Assembly: GCA_964016885.1 (NCBI GenBank) | Contig: OZ024741.1 | Location: 61,628,001-61,692,000, forward strand | Origin: Eledone cirrhosa | Taxonomy: Eukaryota | DNA length: 64,000 nucleotides | Direction: 5' to 3' | Shown here: positions 1 to 13,250 of the stretch, piece after piece | How the letters are laid out: every line of letters begins with the position of its first letter | How positions within the stretch are numbered: position 1 is the first letter of the stretch | Translations under genes and position numbers: made by a program | Notes under the pieces: model-generated | Told to the model about the DNA's origin: nothing | The model's input: only the letters and a program-made list of their open reading frames with translations | The model's database searches: none

Positions 1-1794
1 CTAAAAAAATTTACATAAACATGTCTGTATTCAGGCATTGTATATTAAATAACACAATTTATTTGTTTGTTTTTTAAGCTTCAGAAACAGGAGTCATATA
101 ATACTCATACACAAAGAAATATGGTACAATTTCCTCTTTATATCTTTTATCAACTCACAACAATCTCAAAGTTCACCCTATCTAATCCTCCTGCAAACTG
201 ATATAGATAATAGGTGAGATTATGAAGCACTGAACCATAAATATATTACAGTATTTAATTTTATATCTTCACTGTTCAGAATTGAAAAATCAAAAAATAA
301 TCTCAGAGGAGAGAAAAATTTAAATTTGGTTCTCTCTTGTGTTGATTAAATAAATATAAATAACATATAGTAGTTGATTGAATCAATTCCACTGCTCTAC
401 TCTGATTATTGGCACTGTGCCTCCTTGATAACAAATCAATAGCACTGAGTCTCCAGAGGGTGATGTAAATATTTTAAATTTATTAAACATCTGAATAATT
501 GTCAATCAATTTGAGTTTAAAATACAAAACACTACTTTAAATACAAAAAAAGATAAAGAAGAAAATGATTAATACACCCATACACACACGTTTGTTTGCT
601 CATATATATATGTGTGTATGTATGAGTGTGTGTACGTGTACATAGCAGGGAAAGTGGACATTAAATGATAATTCTGGTGATGATGTGATATATAAATTTT
701 TTTACGCTCTTTCCTACGTTCTTGTACACACTATATATATATATATATATATTGGAATTTTTTAGTTCAAAAATAAGTCCAAGACTAGATGAGTACTCAA
801 TACAAATAAATTTTGTATATATATATATATGAATGTATGTGTGTGTTGTGTGTGTCTGTGTGGGAAGGGGCATTTACATTATATATATACTGTGACATGA
901 TAACAATGAAATCCATGAAGGGAGAAAAATATGTAAGTTCATACAATATAATTGTAGTTCCCACTCTTTAAGTTCACATCCTGTTAAGGTCAACTTTGCC
1001 TTTTGTCCTTCTATTACTGGGGTTGATTTAATTGTATGTTCATCCCTCCTATTCATTTATTGGTAGGTACATTAAATCAAATACCTTACAGTATTTGTTC
1101 ATGAGACTATAGATCTGCCCCTCCAGGATCTGCCCCTCATGAGATCCCAGATGATTCTCCTCAGGGCCTTTGTATGTCACTTGAGAAAATGGATCTACAA
1201 CTTTATGAAAACTTTCCAAATTCTCGATTATTTTCAAAATTTATTTAAACAGATTCATTGTATTTCATGGTCACAAAAACGTTAAAAGCTATCTTTATAT
1301 GCATTGTCCCAGTTTGGTTCGAATAAGATGGAGAGAAGACATTTTAATTAAGTTATGGGTTATTTCATCAGCTAAAATATCAGAAAAAGAAGTAATGACA
1401 GCACTCCTTACATAAGTACCTTACTATATTTTAGTTAATTAAAAACTTTATACTACTACAGAACCACAAATGTATTATTGAATATACTTATAGTAGAAAC
1501 AATGCCAAAAAAGATTGAGAGGACCCAACTGTCATGATATGCAACCCTCTCTATTGCTGGTACCACATAAAATGCATTCAGTGTACCCTGTAGGAAGGGC
1601 ATCCAGCTGCCAAAACCTCGACAAAAAAATGTTGAGAAGCCTCTTCAATAGTGTCAAGGGCTTTACAACCTCTCTGCTTAAGTTGATATAATTGACTATT
1701 CCTTCATCACAAAATATGATTGTACCAACATAAGAAATCTTTATTATTTTTTCTTTATTAATGTTTTATGGTGATTTAGTTACAGCACTTTACA

Positions 1795-2048
1795 TTCTGA
1801 GTTCAAATCTTACAGAGGTAAACTTGGCTTTTCATCTTTCCTGGGTCAATAAAATAAGGTACTAGGTTGATGTAATTGACTTACTCCTCTTTCCAAATTG
1901 CTGGCCTTGTGTACAAATTAGTGATCATTAGAGGTTAGTTGATTGGCAGAACTGTTAGTTTATCAGGTGAAATATATTGCAGCATTTCTTTACTGCTCTC
2001 TGTTTTGAAATCAAATCCCACAAAGATCAACTTTGCCTTTCATCCAGC
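1795..2048 (+). mobile_element. Two adjacent decayed SINE copies (family A)
   Basis: B-box-like gttcaaatc followed by the core aactttgcctttcatc..ggtcaataaaataa.gtac and the tail aattgctggccttgtg, matching the better copies at 47287 and 59321. Confidence 0.7.
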
Positions 2049-2789
2049 TAACTATTAACAATATGAAATCAAAAGACAGAAAGAAGAAAAGAGTGTTTTT
2101 AAGGATGATGAAATCAATGTGCCGCCAGGAATCAAACTCACAACCACTAAGCCATGCCACAACAAAAGGTCATACACCTATTAACAATATGAAATAGAAA
2201 AACAGACAAAGAAAAAGCATTTGAATGGACAATTAAAAAAAGAAATCCATGTGTCAGTGTGGTTCACTAACTAATCTGATTGGCTATCTGTCCCCTTTTC
2301 ACTCCATGCATTAATTAATGGATTTTTTCGTTGATAGAAATGACATAAGCTTATGTTTATGTGTTTCTTTTTTTTATTCTTTTCATAGTTAAATTAGTCC
2401 ATATGCCCCAAAACCTTCTCCTTGGGATGAGAATTTGAAAATTAAATCTGTTTTCTTAAGTCGCATCGTTTTGGAGTCTTTTGATGACATACACACATAC
2501 ACTCTCAAATATATAGTAGATATATGTGTGGTTGGTGTGCATGTGTGTAAGAAGCATTAATGAGGGAAACAACACATGAGAACAATACAATGAATGATGA
2601 TATATTAGATTAACACTTGTTATAGTTGGAGAGTCTTAACATTTCAAACCCAAGTCCTTCAACAGAAAATATGAGAAAGAAAAGAGAGAGGAAGAAAAAT
2701 GTGGGCAGACAAGAGTAAGAATAGTAAATAAGGAAAAGAGTAGATAGGAGATAAAATATGAATGTATATATATACATATATATATATAT

Positions 2790-2830
<41 letters not shown>

Positions 2831-3445
2831 TACACACACACATATATACACACACACATACACACACATATATATACACACACATATACACACATATATA
2901 CACACACACACACACATATATATATATTGCTAAGACTCTTCCAACTATATCAAGTGTTAAACTAATATATCACCATTCATTGTATTGCCCACAACAGGAC
3001 AACCCAACTAACCTATGCTAGCATGGAAGAATGGACGTAAAACGGTGATGATGATGATGATGATAATAATGATATACATCAACACCTCCACCCTGACATC
3101 ACATAACATTCAATGTATACTTGTAATATTTTAATTGCTATACATTAATGTTTGGTCTTGTCTCTTACTCCACTGGAAAGCACTTTGGCTTGTGTCAAAC
3201 ACTGATCCCAGGTGGAGCAACAGTACCTTTGGAAGGGTTCAAAACTACCAAAGTCCATCTCAATGGCCAATGACCTTGGAGTTCTGTTATTTTCCTAAGT
3301 TTATCATTATATATATATATATAGACTATCATCATTATCATCATTGTTTAACGTCCATTTTCCACGCTAACATGGGTAGGACATACTATATATATACTAT
3401 ATTATACATATATATTTATACATATATATATATTAACATATATTA

Positions 3446-3482
<37 letters not shown>

Positions 3483-3895
3483 TATATATATATTAACATA
3501 TACACATACACACATATATACATATATACACACACACACACATACATATACATACATATGCATAGCAGTGTGGTTAACGAGTTGACTTATTTATTACTTA
3601 AGAAGGAAACACTAACAAACAAATAACAAAAAGAAAGTTTTCCATTTCGTTTGTATGTGTTGCTGTGTCTGCATGAGTGTGTGTATATGTGTGTATATTG
3701 ATGTATGATTGAGCGACAAATGAATGCGAGAAATTAAATTTACCGTTCTACGTTCATAAATATCTGTTTTACTCACACAAGTCCTTGTAGAAGCATTTAT
3801 GTACCAGACAATTATATTTTCAACTCATACACACACACACATATATTTGTGTGTATCTATCTATCTATATATATATATATATATATTACTCAGTA

Positions 3896-4044
<149 letters not shown>

Positions 4045-4399
4045 TCTTTATATATTTCATGTGTCACATTGCATCATAAAACAGAATTTGGACACATTTA
4101 TGTGATACGATAACCTCAGACAAAGTTTCAAGGAATCGATACATATGTGCGTGTGTGTGTATGCTTGTGTGTATATACACAGACACACAGACATATATAT
4201 ATATATACATATATATATAAAATAAGTGTTAATTGAGGATAATTTCATATGGTCACAACACTGACTGAGGTTAACATTTGACTCTTTGATACTTACAATG
4301 ATGGTGATGATGATGATGAATCAGAAAATATTGTTTCATTATTTATTGATCAGTGAACATGATTGATTTGATTTCTCCCACTAACAATGTGGCTATGAT

Positions 4400-5030
4400 A
4401 TGATTGAACATCGTTTCCACCACGACCCTCGATATTTTTACCATGTCACTCTTCAATGCAGTTATAGAGGAAAACTGCCTGCCCTTCCTAGCAAAAAGGC
4501 AGCAGGGCAATCTTCACAATGGGCTCAGTCAATAGCCAGATTCATCCTACACACAATAATAACTGTTTAACAAAACTCCAGAAGTCTGTTAAGCATGGAC
4601 ACTGAATGAGTGCATACAGAATAGTTTATTCAACTCTGTGTGCATCTCAGACAGGTCCGTATGACAGTACTCTCATGCCTCTGGAGTTTTTTCTTGAATC
4701 AGCAGTGCCCCCCGCCCCCCTCAGTATCATTGCCAAGCCAGGGATTTCTGGAAGTTATCCATAGTCCCGGCTTGAAAGTTCTCTGGAATGGACAAGACAG
4801 TTCAATTTTGTCAATGCTCAGAACCTATCCGAGAATGTCATCGCACTTGTCTGCCACTAGTTCTCTATAGAACTCTAGAGTGGAATTTCCACTGACGGCA
4901 TTGCCTGACTGATAGAGTACCAAACAACATTCCAGATGCCAAACATCCAGTCACAGTCTTCACTTGACCCACGACTGCAGCTAAGTAAAAGATACGAACC
5001 GCAGAAAGACCTGTCTAACAAATGGAAACA
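4400..5030 (-). mobile_element. Decayed Tx1/L1-clade LINE, ORF2 C-terminal fragment
   Basis: Minus strand reads FYRELVADKCDDILG..FQRTFKP/GTMDNFQKSLAWQ..IQEKLQRH..RTCLRC..TILYALIQC with stops and frameshifts, resembling the L1/Tx1 C-terminal zinc-binding (zf-RVT) region. Confidence 0.65.
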
Positions 5031-6168
5031 CCTGTTAACTGTTTAGCAATATAGTAATAATGATATAACATTATTAAAAAAGCTGACATCACAAAATAGT
5101 TGTCTCATAGAAATACATAAAATAAATATGCTTTCTATCTTCATTAACTCACTAACTTTATATATATATACACACACATACACCATCATCATCATTATTG
5201 TTTTTATGTCCCCTTTTCCATGATTGCATAGGTTAGACAATATATATATATACACATATATATATATAGGTTTGGATGTCTGGCTTATGTAATAAAACCA
5301 GATATTAAAATACCAAGCAGAATCATATATTTTTCTGAAGGAGGTAGAAAAACACAATCACTGAAGAGAGCTACATAAAGGGAAGATAAGTGATGCAAGA
5401 TAAGTATGAATAAGGGAAGAGAGAGAAGATGTATGTGTGTGTGTCTGTCTGTGTGTGTGTGTGTGTGAAAAAGTATTTCAAAATTAAGTATAGTTTTTCT
5501 ACAAATGTTTTAAGGCCAAATTTTCTACTAAAGCAGTGGTTAACCCTATCAGCTGCTTCCCCCTTCACCAACCCTCTGGCTTTCATTTCCTCCTCCATCA
5601 TCCCCAGCCCTGTCTTTCATAGTCTTTCCCTTCCTTGACCTTTTTCCACATTAATTTCCACTGCTCTCCACACTCAGTCACTAAATATAGTATTTCTACC
5701 TGAATAATAATTAACTACATCACTTTAATTTTATTTTTCAGCTGCAAAGTTATATATGAAATATAATACATTTTCACCACTTCTTCAATTCTTCTACAAC
5801 AGGAAAAAATTGATTAACCTTCTCTTACAGGTTAGGGTACAAAAGAAACTTGTTATTCCATCCATATTTCACTTATTTGATCAACAAACTCAGCGACATC
5901 TTGAACGTTTTGTCAGAAATTCTAAGTGTATGCCATGTCAAGGCAAACCTCATTTATTTTCTTCTCTCGTTTACTTGACAGCAGAACTAACAGACTTACC
6001 ATATTAAACTGGTTATTCTTGCACTATTAGCTGCCAACTGGATTGCTGTCTTCCCTCTGGTAATGTCCTTTCTCATTGCTTTATCCAATAACTATACAAA
6101 CTACATCAGTCATTCAGCTAGATTGGAAAGATGATACATTGATGCATTATGTAGAAATTCTTCTGTTT

Positions 6169-6236
<68 letters not shown>

Positions 6237-6247
6237 AATATACATGC

Positions 6248-6400
6248 AGTCATGGCTGTGTGGTTAAGGAGTTCACTTCAGAATCACCTGCTTCTGGATT
6301 TAGTACTGCTGTGTGGGACTCAGGGCAAGCGCTTTCCATAGAGGTGCAAGCAAATGAATGCCTTGTGAGTGAAGTTGGCAGATTGAAACTGCAAAAGCCT
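6248..6400 (+). mobile_element. tRNA-derived SINE (family B)
   Basis: A-box-like catggctgtgtggttaaggag head and gccttgtgagtgaa.ttgg body. Related copies at about 13370-13520(-), 14475-14710(-), 14972-15130(+) and 63675-63835(-). Confidence 0.7.
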
Positions 6401-6634
6401 AATTCTCCCACTCTGCTAATGACCATTTAAACAAAACCACCACCACTACTACTACTACCACCTCGTAGCTCTTCTCAACATCTCTAACTAAAAGCCCCCA
6501 GTCATTCTGTAAGGTGTGCGTGCAGGTGACACAATAAAAAGCACCCAACCCACCCAGTAAGGTGGTCATGCTGGTGGCATGACAAAATGTCCCCAGTCTA
6601 TCCTATTCTGTGGTCCTTTTGGTGGCATCATAAA

Positions 6635-7258
<624 letters not shown>

Positions 7259-7259
7259 A

Positions 7260-7582
7260 ATTGGGCATGAGAGGGATCAGATGTAGTATGCAGAAGAAGA
7301 GATTGTGTTGGTATGGACATGTCATGCGTATGAAGGATGACAGCTGTATAAAAAGGTGTAGAGTACTCAAGGTTGATGGAATCTATGGAATAGGAAGACC
7401 TGGGAAGACTTGGGATGAGGTGATAAAAGGACCATGATCTCAGGCGTTAGGAAGGGTATCTAGCCATAGAAACCAGTTCTGTATGAGAAAGACACATTCA
7501 TCTGACCTGGTTTGTCTCACAATGGGACAGCTCATCTAACCCATGCTAGTATGGAAAATGGACATTAAACAGTGATGATGAC
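7260..7582 (+). mobile_element. RTE LINE 3' fragment
   Basis: Encodes LGMRGIRCSMQKKRLCWYGHVMRMKDDSCIKRCR, matching the C-terminus of the 42441 ORF. Ends in ctaacccatgctag..(gat)n. Confidence 0.9.
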
Positions 7583-7635
7583 GATATGTATGTGTGTGTC
7601 TGTGTATATATGTATATATATATATATATATACAT

Positions 7636-7677
<42 letters not shown>

Positions 7678-7689
7678 TATATATATATA

Positions 7690-7900
7690 TAAAGTGGTTG
7701 TGTAGGAGTCACAACGAAAAGCACCCAGCACACACTGTAAATGTGGTTGGCCTTAGGAAGGGTATCCAGCCGTAGAAACCTAGCCCAAAACAGTTCTATA
7801 TGAGCAAGTCATGGTCACCTGACCCAACTTGCCTCTAATGAAACAACCCATCTCACTCATGCTAGCGTGGAAAATGGATGTTAAACGATGATGATGATGA
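7690..7900 (+). mobile_element. RTE 3'-UTR-derived short element
   Basis: aagcacccagca..ggttggccttaggaagggtatccagcc..catgctagcgtggaaaatggatgttaaacgatgatgat matches 45290-45485. Similar pieces at about 27565-27710(-), 33335-33445(+), 53265-53780(-) and 63340-63655(+). Confidence 0.8.
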
Positions 7901-8369
7901 TATGTACATACATATATATATAAATAAATACACACACACATATACATATATGTGCATATATATATACACACACATAAATATACATATACACATACATGCA
8001 TCATTTTGAAATAGTGGAAATGAAATTTTTTAATTACATTTTCAGAAAAATGAATGAAATGAAGAAAGAAAGAACATGAGAAGAAGGATGGCAGTGGTGG
8101 GAGGACGGGAGGTAATTGTAGTAGAAGAGTTGAAGAATGAGTCATAAAGAAATAACCAATATAAACACAGAAAGACAGAAAACAGAAAAAAAAAAATTCT
8201 TTTTCATTTTTTGTTCGGGTTTTAATTGTATCATTAAATTATTATTATTATTATTTTTTTTTTGTAAGGACAATTTTAATTAAGAGATTTGTGAAATGTC
8301 AGAGGAAGATATAAAAAGGAAGCAACATCAACAACCACAACAAAACAACATAAGCAATAACAATAATAA

Positions 8370-8770
8370 TAATTGTTTCTACTTTAGGCACAAGGCCAGC
8401 AAAAAAAAATGATCCCATTGCATTACTGGTACTTTATTTTATCGACCCCATAAGGATGAAAGGCAAAGTTAACTTCAGCGGGATATGAACTAAGAATGTA
8501 AAAGGTTGTAACTCTATGCTGCAAAACATGGCATCCGACCCTTTACCGATACTGCCAATTCACTGACTTCTATTTTAGGCACAATGCCACCAATTTAAGG
8601 GAAGAGGGGAAGTTGACTATATCAAACCTAGTAGTTGATTGATACTTTATTTTATTGACCTTGGAATAATGAAAGGCAAATTTGAACTTGGTGAACTAAA
8701 AAATGTAATGAACCTTAACTAAATACAGTAAAGCATTTTGTCAAACTCTAATGATTCTGCCAACCTCTCA
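8370..8770 (-). mobile_element. Two tandem family A SINE copies
   Basis: Reverse-complement core ggtactttattttat.gacc..atgaaaggcaaa occurs twice. Confidence 0.75.
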
Positions 8771-9119
8771 CCCTATAATAATAATGGTGCCTAATTTCTC
8801 TGAGAGCACTATACTTGCAGCACAAGACCAAACTTTGGTCACAAATTGGAGTCTTAGAAATGATCAAATGTCTCCATTCTGCCAAGTTTGTAAAGAATTT
8901 AACAAAACTATTATTCATATAACAGAATACCTTAGACTTGCCGCAAATCAGTATAAGTTGTGAAGACAGGATGAGATGGCAAAAGATCTGCATTGGAGAC
9001 TGTGAAAAGTGTGAGTTAGAGAGAGAGGTAAGACATGGTACAGCCACAAAACACAAAGTGACTGAGTCAGACAAGATGGTGGACAAAATAAATCATGTGT
9101 GAATGGTAATCAATGTTTC

Positions 9120-10630
9120 ATACTCATTTGACTCGTGGATAGGTAAGAAGGAAGGTGAGAAAGTAGATATGTACAATCTTCTTAGATAAATGATAGACCA
9201 ACTGTGAAAAACGAAAAAGGTGAATATAGTGCCGATTGTGGTTGGGGCCTTGGGGACAGTATCAAAAGATATTGAAAGAAATAAAGAACATGGGAACAGA
9301 GGGTCCAGTAGAGCAATTGTATAAAATCTGCCTCCTTGGCATGACCAGAATCATCAGAATAGTACGAGATAGTAGAAGCAAACAAATGACATGGTACCAT
9401 AGGTTGCAGGAAGCAAGCCTACTACTCATGCAAGAATCCAGGAGTTCCAACAAAACCCAAGATAAAAGAATGTTTAGAGAGGAATTCAAGGTACAGGGGC
9501 ATAAAACTAATGTACCAAATTATTAAAGTGATAGAATGAGTTCTAGCACAACGAATTAGGGGAAGAATCAAATTAGATGGTATGCAGTTCAGTTTTGTGC
9601 CAGGAATGAGTACTACACATGCCTTTATCTTAGTGAGATAACTACAATAAAAGTTCTCTAAGCCATAACAGAGGACTGAGTGTTGATGGGAACTTCTGTT
9701 TGCTGATAATCTAGTTCTTATAGCTGAAGAAGAACTACAGAAGAAATTCTTGCTGTTGATACAGAATTTCAAATCAAAAGGGCTCAGAGTAAACTTGGTG
9801 AAAACCAAAGTTTTAGTAAGTAGGAAAGAAGACAGGACTTTTATCTCATGAGGGAAAAGGCCTTGTTTGATATGTTGAAAGGGAATAGGACAAAAGCTCT
9901 ATACAATGTATATCTTTGACACACAATAGATGTAGTAGAATAGCAGGCAGACCAACAGGAAACGTAGACCTTGTATGTGGTAGATGTACAGAGATAGTTG
10001 GTAGTAAGAGCATAAGTGAAATAAACCTTTTCAAATCTCATAAAGGATCCATAGTAGTTGGTAGCTACCTAGATATCTAATTGGCAATGGCGGAAAGTGC
10101 TCTAAGAGCATAGTAGCTAGAATAAAAACAAGATGAAAAATGTTCAGGGAGCTACTACCTCTGTTGACAACAACAGGCTTCTCTCTATGAAAAAAAGGTT
10201 GGCTGTATGACACCTGTGTGATGTGTGATGTTGCATAGCAGTAAGACATGGGCAGTGAATGCACAGGATATGCTAATGCTGGTGAGAAATGAAGCAGACA
10301 TGCTTCTATGAATGTGCAATGTTAATGTGCATGAATGCCAAAGACAATGAACTGGATATGAAAGAAACCAGATATAGTGTGCAAGAGAGGAGACTGGGAG
10401 GGTTTGAACATGTGTTGCACATGGATGATTATCATGTGCAACACAGTGAAAGGAAGGCACAGTAGAGAAAAACCAAGGAAGACCTAGACAGAAATAGTAA
10501 AAGCTGATCCCCCAAACATTGAAGCTTACGGAGGAGCTGATGAAGGAATGTGATGAGTGGAGAGATGTTGTGCTGAGAAAGACCTATTCAACTCATGTAA
10601 GTATGAAAAAATAGATGTAAAATGATGATT
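9120..10630 (+). mobile_element. Heavily decayed, internally deleted RTE LINE
   Basis: Frameshifted remnants (GTEGPVE, MQFSFVPG, WELLFADNLVLIAE, SKGLRVNLVKTKV, FRELLPLL) are collinear with the 42441 ORF. Ends in a catg..gtaaaatgatgat tail. Confidence 0.85.
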
Positions 10631-10968
10631 CTTGGCTCAGTACTTGACTCACATATAAGATTTTTAGGTCTAGTAGATAAATCACACTCCCATTTTACAT
10701 ACAATATTCTTAGCTCAGTGACCAACTTATATATAAGGTTTTGTAAGTTCAGTAGATAAATCACATGCTGGTTTTTAAGTAGTATTTTCATAGAAAACAT
10801 AGATTGACTTATGAGTATATACACTTCCTAACCTGTTTTTTTTAACCATATTTTTAATGAAAGGTACTGAATATGATTTGAAATTTTTTTAATATAATCA
10901 AGAATTTGGAAAGATTTAAGTAATACAAAAAACATTCTCATTATTAAGATGTTTGGAATATAACTTAA

Positions 10969-11184
10969 CCCTTTAACATTTAAAATGGATGTATCCAGCC
11001 AGAATTCCCTCACCTCTTTCTGTTCAAACCAGCCGTAACTGGCCACTCATAGTAATGTTAAGGCATTGTTCTCAAAATAAACAACATCAAAATCTTGTAG
11101 ATTTGATATTATGGGAGATAGTTATGTAAGATAAAGCCTTTACCACAAAAATAGCATATATAGAGTAATGTAAATGCTAACGGG
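10969..11184. mobile_element. piggyBac-type MITE
   Basis: TTAA|CCCTTTAACATTTA...TAAATGCTAACGGG|TTAA termini. Second copy at 40431-40651. Confidence 0.75.
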
Positions 11185-11634
11185 TTAACAAAGGTTTTTA
11201 CATACAATTATGATGGAGGACTTTTAAATAAATATAAACATTAGAATAAATAGGTTTGTATCATAGAATTAGGGTGGGGCAGGTGGTTTGGTATGAAAGG
11301 GGTTAATAAACAATACTAATGATAATAATACCACCAATAATGATGATGACAACAACTTCAATTATAATAATGGCTTTTAATTTAGACAATGCCAACAGTT
11401 TGTGGGGAAGGAGAAAGTCGATCATACCAACACAATAACATTACTGGTATTCATTCATTTTACTCACCTCAGAAGGATGAAATGCAAAGATGGCCTTAGC
11501 AAGATTTGAACTCAAAACGTATAAAGTTATACCTAAATACCAAAAAGCATTTTGTCCAATACTCTACCAATACAACCAATCCACTGCCCTAAATAATAAT
11601 AATAATAATAATAATGGTAATGACAATGATGATA

Positions 11635-11668
<34 letters not shown>

Positions 11669-12204
11669 GAATGAGGATTGGAATAATAAACTATTTTGAA
11701 AATGCTGAAAATGTAAAAAGGTGTAAAACAATGACAATTTGAAGAAAAAAAGCACAATTTATCAATGGCAAAATGAAACAAAGAAAAAAAAACACAAAAA
11801 GAAAATTCCTAAAATCAGGAAAGTAATAGTCACGACAAAATTACTGCATACAATGGTGCAGGATCGTTCTATGGAAATACAGCAAGAAAAAAATTCTTGG
11901 ATTTTATTAATTTCAGAATAAAGCATTTTTCTTCTAACAATGGGGTTTTAGAAAATATGAATTGCAGAAAACTAAACTTACCTGCCATATATACATATAT
12001 ATATATATATGTGGGGGGGGGGGGGTATATCGCTTTTGCTAGCTTTTATTGAGAGGAGCCTGAAGGAAGCAGAACTCCTTGGCTATTGTTGTATACACAT
12101 TTGCAATGAGAATGTGATTACTGACCTAGTTACTGATAAAAAGAATGTACACATGATACATCATCATATATATGTTTCATATTTATATATATATATAAAT
12201 ACTC

Positions 12205-12435
12205 ATTGGGGATGGATGATGTGTTGAGGAAGGATGGAAGTGACTGGGAGAGAGAAGTGATGTCAATAGTGCCGGTAATGAATGTTGTGAAGAGAAATGG
12301 AATGAGATGGTTGGATCATGTGTTGAGGAAGGATGGAAGTGACTGGAAGAGAAGCATGATAGGAATATAGTTAATGATCAATGTTGAGAAGAGAAATGAA
12401 ATGAGATGACTGGATCCTGTGTTGAGGAAAGATAA
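12205..12435 (+). repeat. Imperfect ~100-bp tandem duplication of an RTE-like 3' fragment
   Basis: ggat.atgtgttgaggaa.gat recurs near 12214, 12313 and 12412. Reads RNGMRWLDHVLRKD. Confidence 0.6.
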
Positions 12436-12931
12436 AACAAGCAACATATTGAAAAAGCCTTAATAAGGTTTCTCAACACACTAGAAATAAAAGCCAAATC
12501 TACCTCTCTTAATTTACACCCTACCATCTTGGGAAAAAAAGACGACAATGGGTAATTAAGCCTGGTGGAGATCATCCCTCTCCAGTTCTAGATACATTAT
12601 AGTAAAAAATAAGACAGAATACTCACAGCTAGAATGGCTGTGATCATAGGTCTGCTTCTTGAAGGTTGACCCAGTGATTTAGTCATTCCTATTGACCCCT
12701 ATGCTTATTTTTTTCTAGCCTATAATTATTTCAACAATCTGTTTTTGCTGAACTGCTAAACTGCTGAAACAAATATTAAGAAATACAAACACACACACAC
12801 ACATATATATCATCATCATCATCATCATCATCAACGTTTAACGTCCGTGTTCCACGCTTGCATGGGTTTGGACGGGGGTAGTCCCACTTGAGGCAAGAGT
12901 GATTGTCTTGCTCGCATAGGACTGTTATATA

Positions 12932-13250
12932 TATATTTCGTTTCTGAATTTGTTTAGCAAGATTCTTTATCTGAAATCGTGTGTTGAAACCGATATTGTT
13001 ATACTTTGGGAGGGTCATGTTGCCAATAAGGAGAGGCACAAAAACAAAGAAAAGAAAAGAATCCCCAGTCACTGAAGAGGCCACAGAATGTGTGACGAAA
13101 GAACTTTGACAATATATAAACAACTATCTGGTTGTGGAACCAACCAACCAACCAGAAATTTATAAATTCCTAAATTTATAAATTTATTATAATAAATTGA
13201 AGTGTGTTTCTTATTGGCAACATGTCCCTCCCAAAGTATAACAATATATA
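12932..13250. mobile_element. Solo PLE terminal (pLTR) cassette, two partial copies in inverted orientation
   Basis: Both halves match 15972-16263. Inverted arms at about 12993-13030 and 13210-13247. (TA)n on both sides. Confidence 0.85.
13068..13110 (+). ncRNA. Minimal hammerhead-ribozyme-like motif
   Basis: gtca-CTGAAGA-g-gccaca..tgtgac-GAAA-gaac-TT-tgac. Stem I is gtca/tgac; there is one extra purine before stem II and one mismatch in stem II. Confidence 0.6.

Noticed and set aside
1049-1237. 62-aa ORF with a short duplicated gatctgcccctc motif
   Set aside because: No recognisable domain or reliable splice context.
5999-6090. Possible minus-strand exon LLDKAMRKDITRGKTAIQLAANSARITSLI (ankyrin-like) with AG and GTAAGT borders
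   Set aside because: Too short, weak acceptor, and another frame resembles a decayed LINE C-terminus. It cannot be supported without RNA data.
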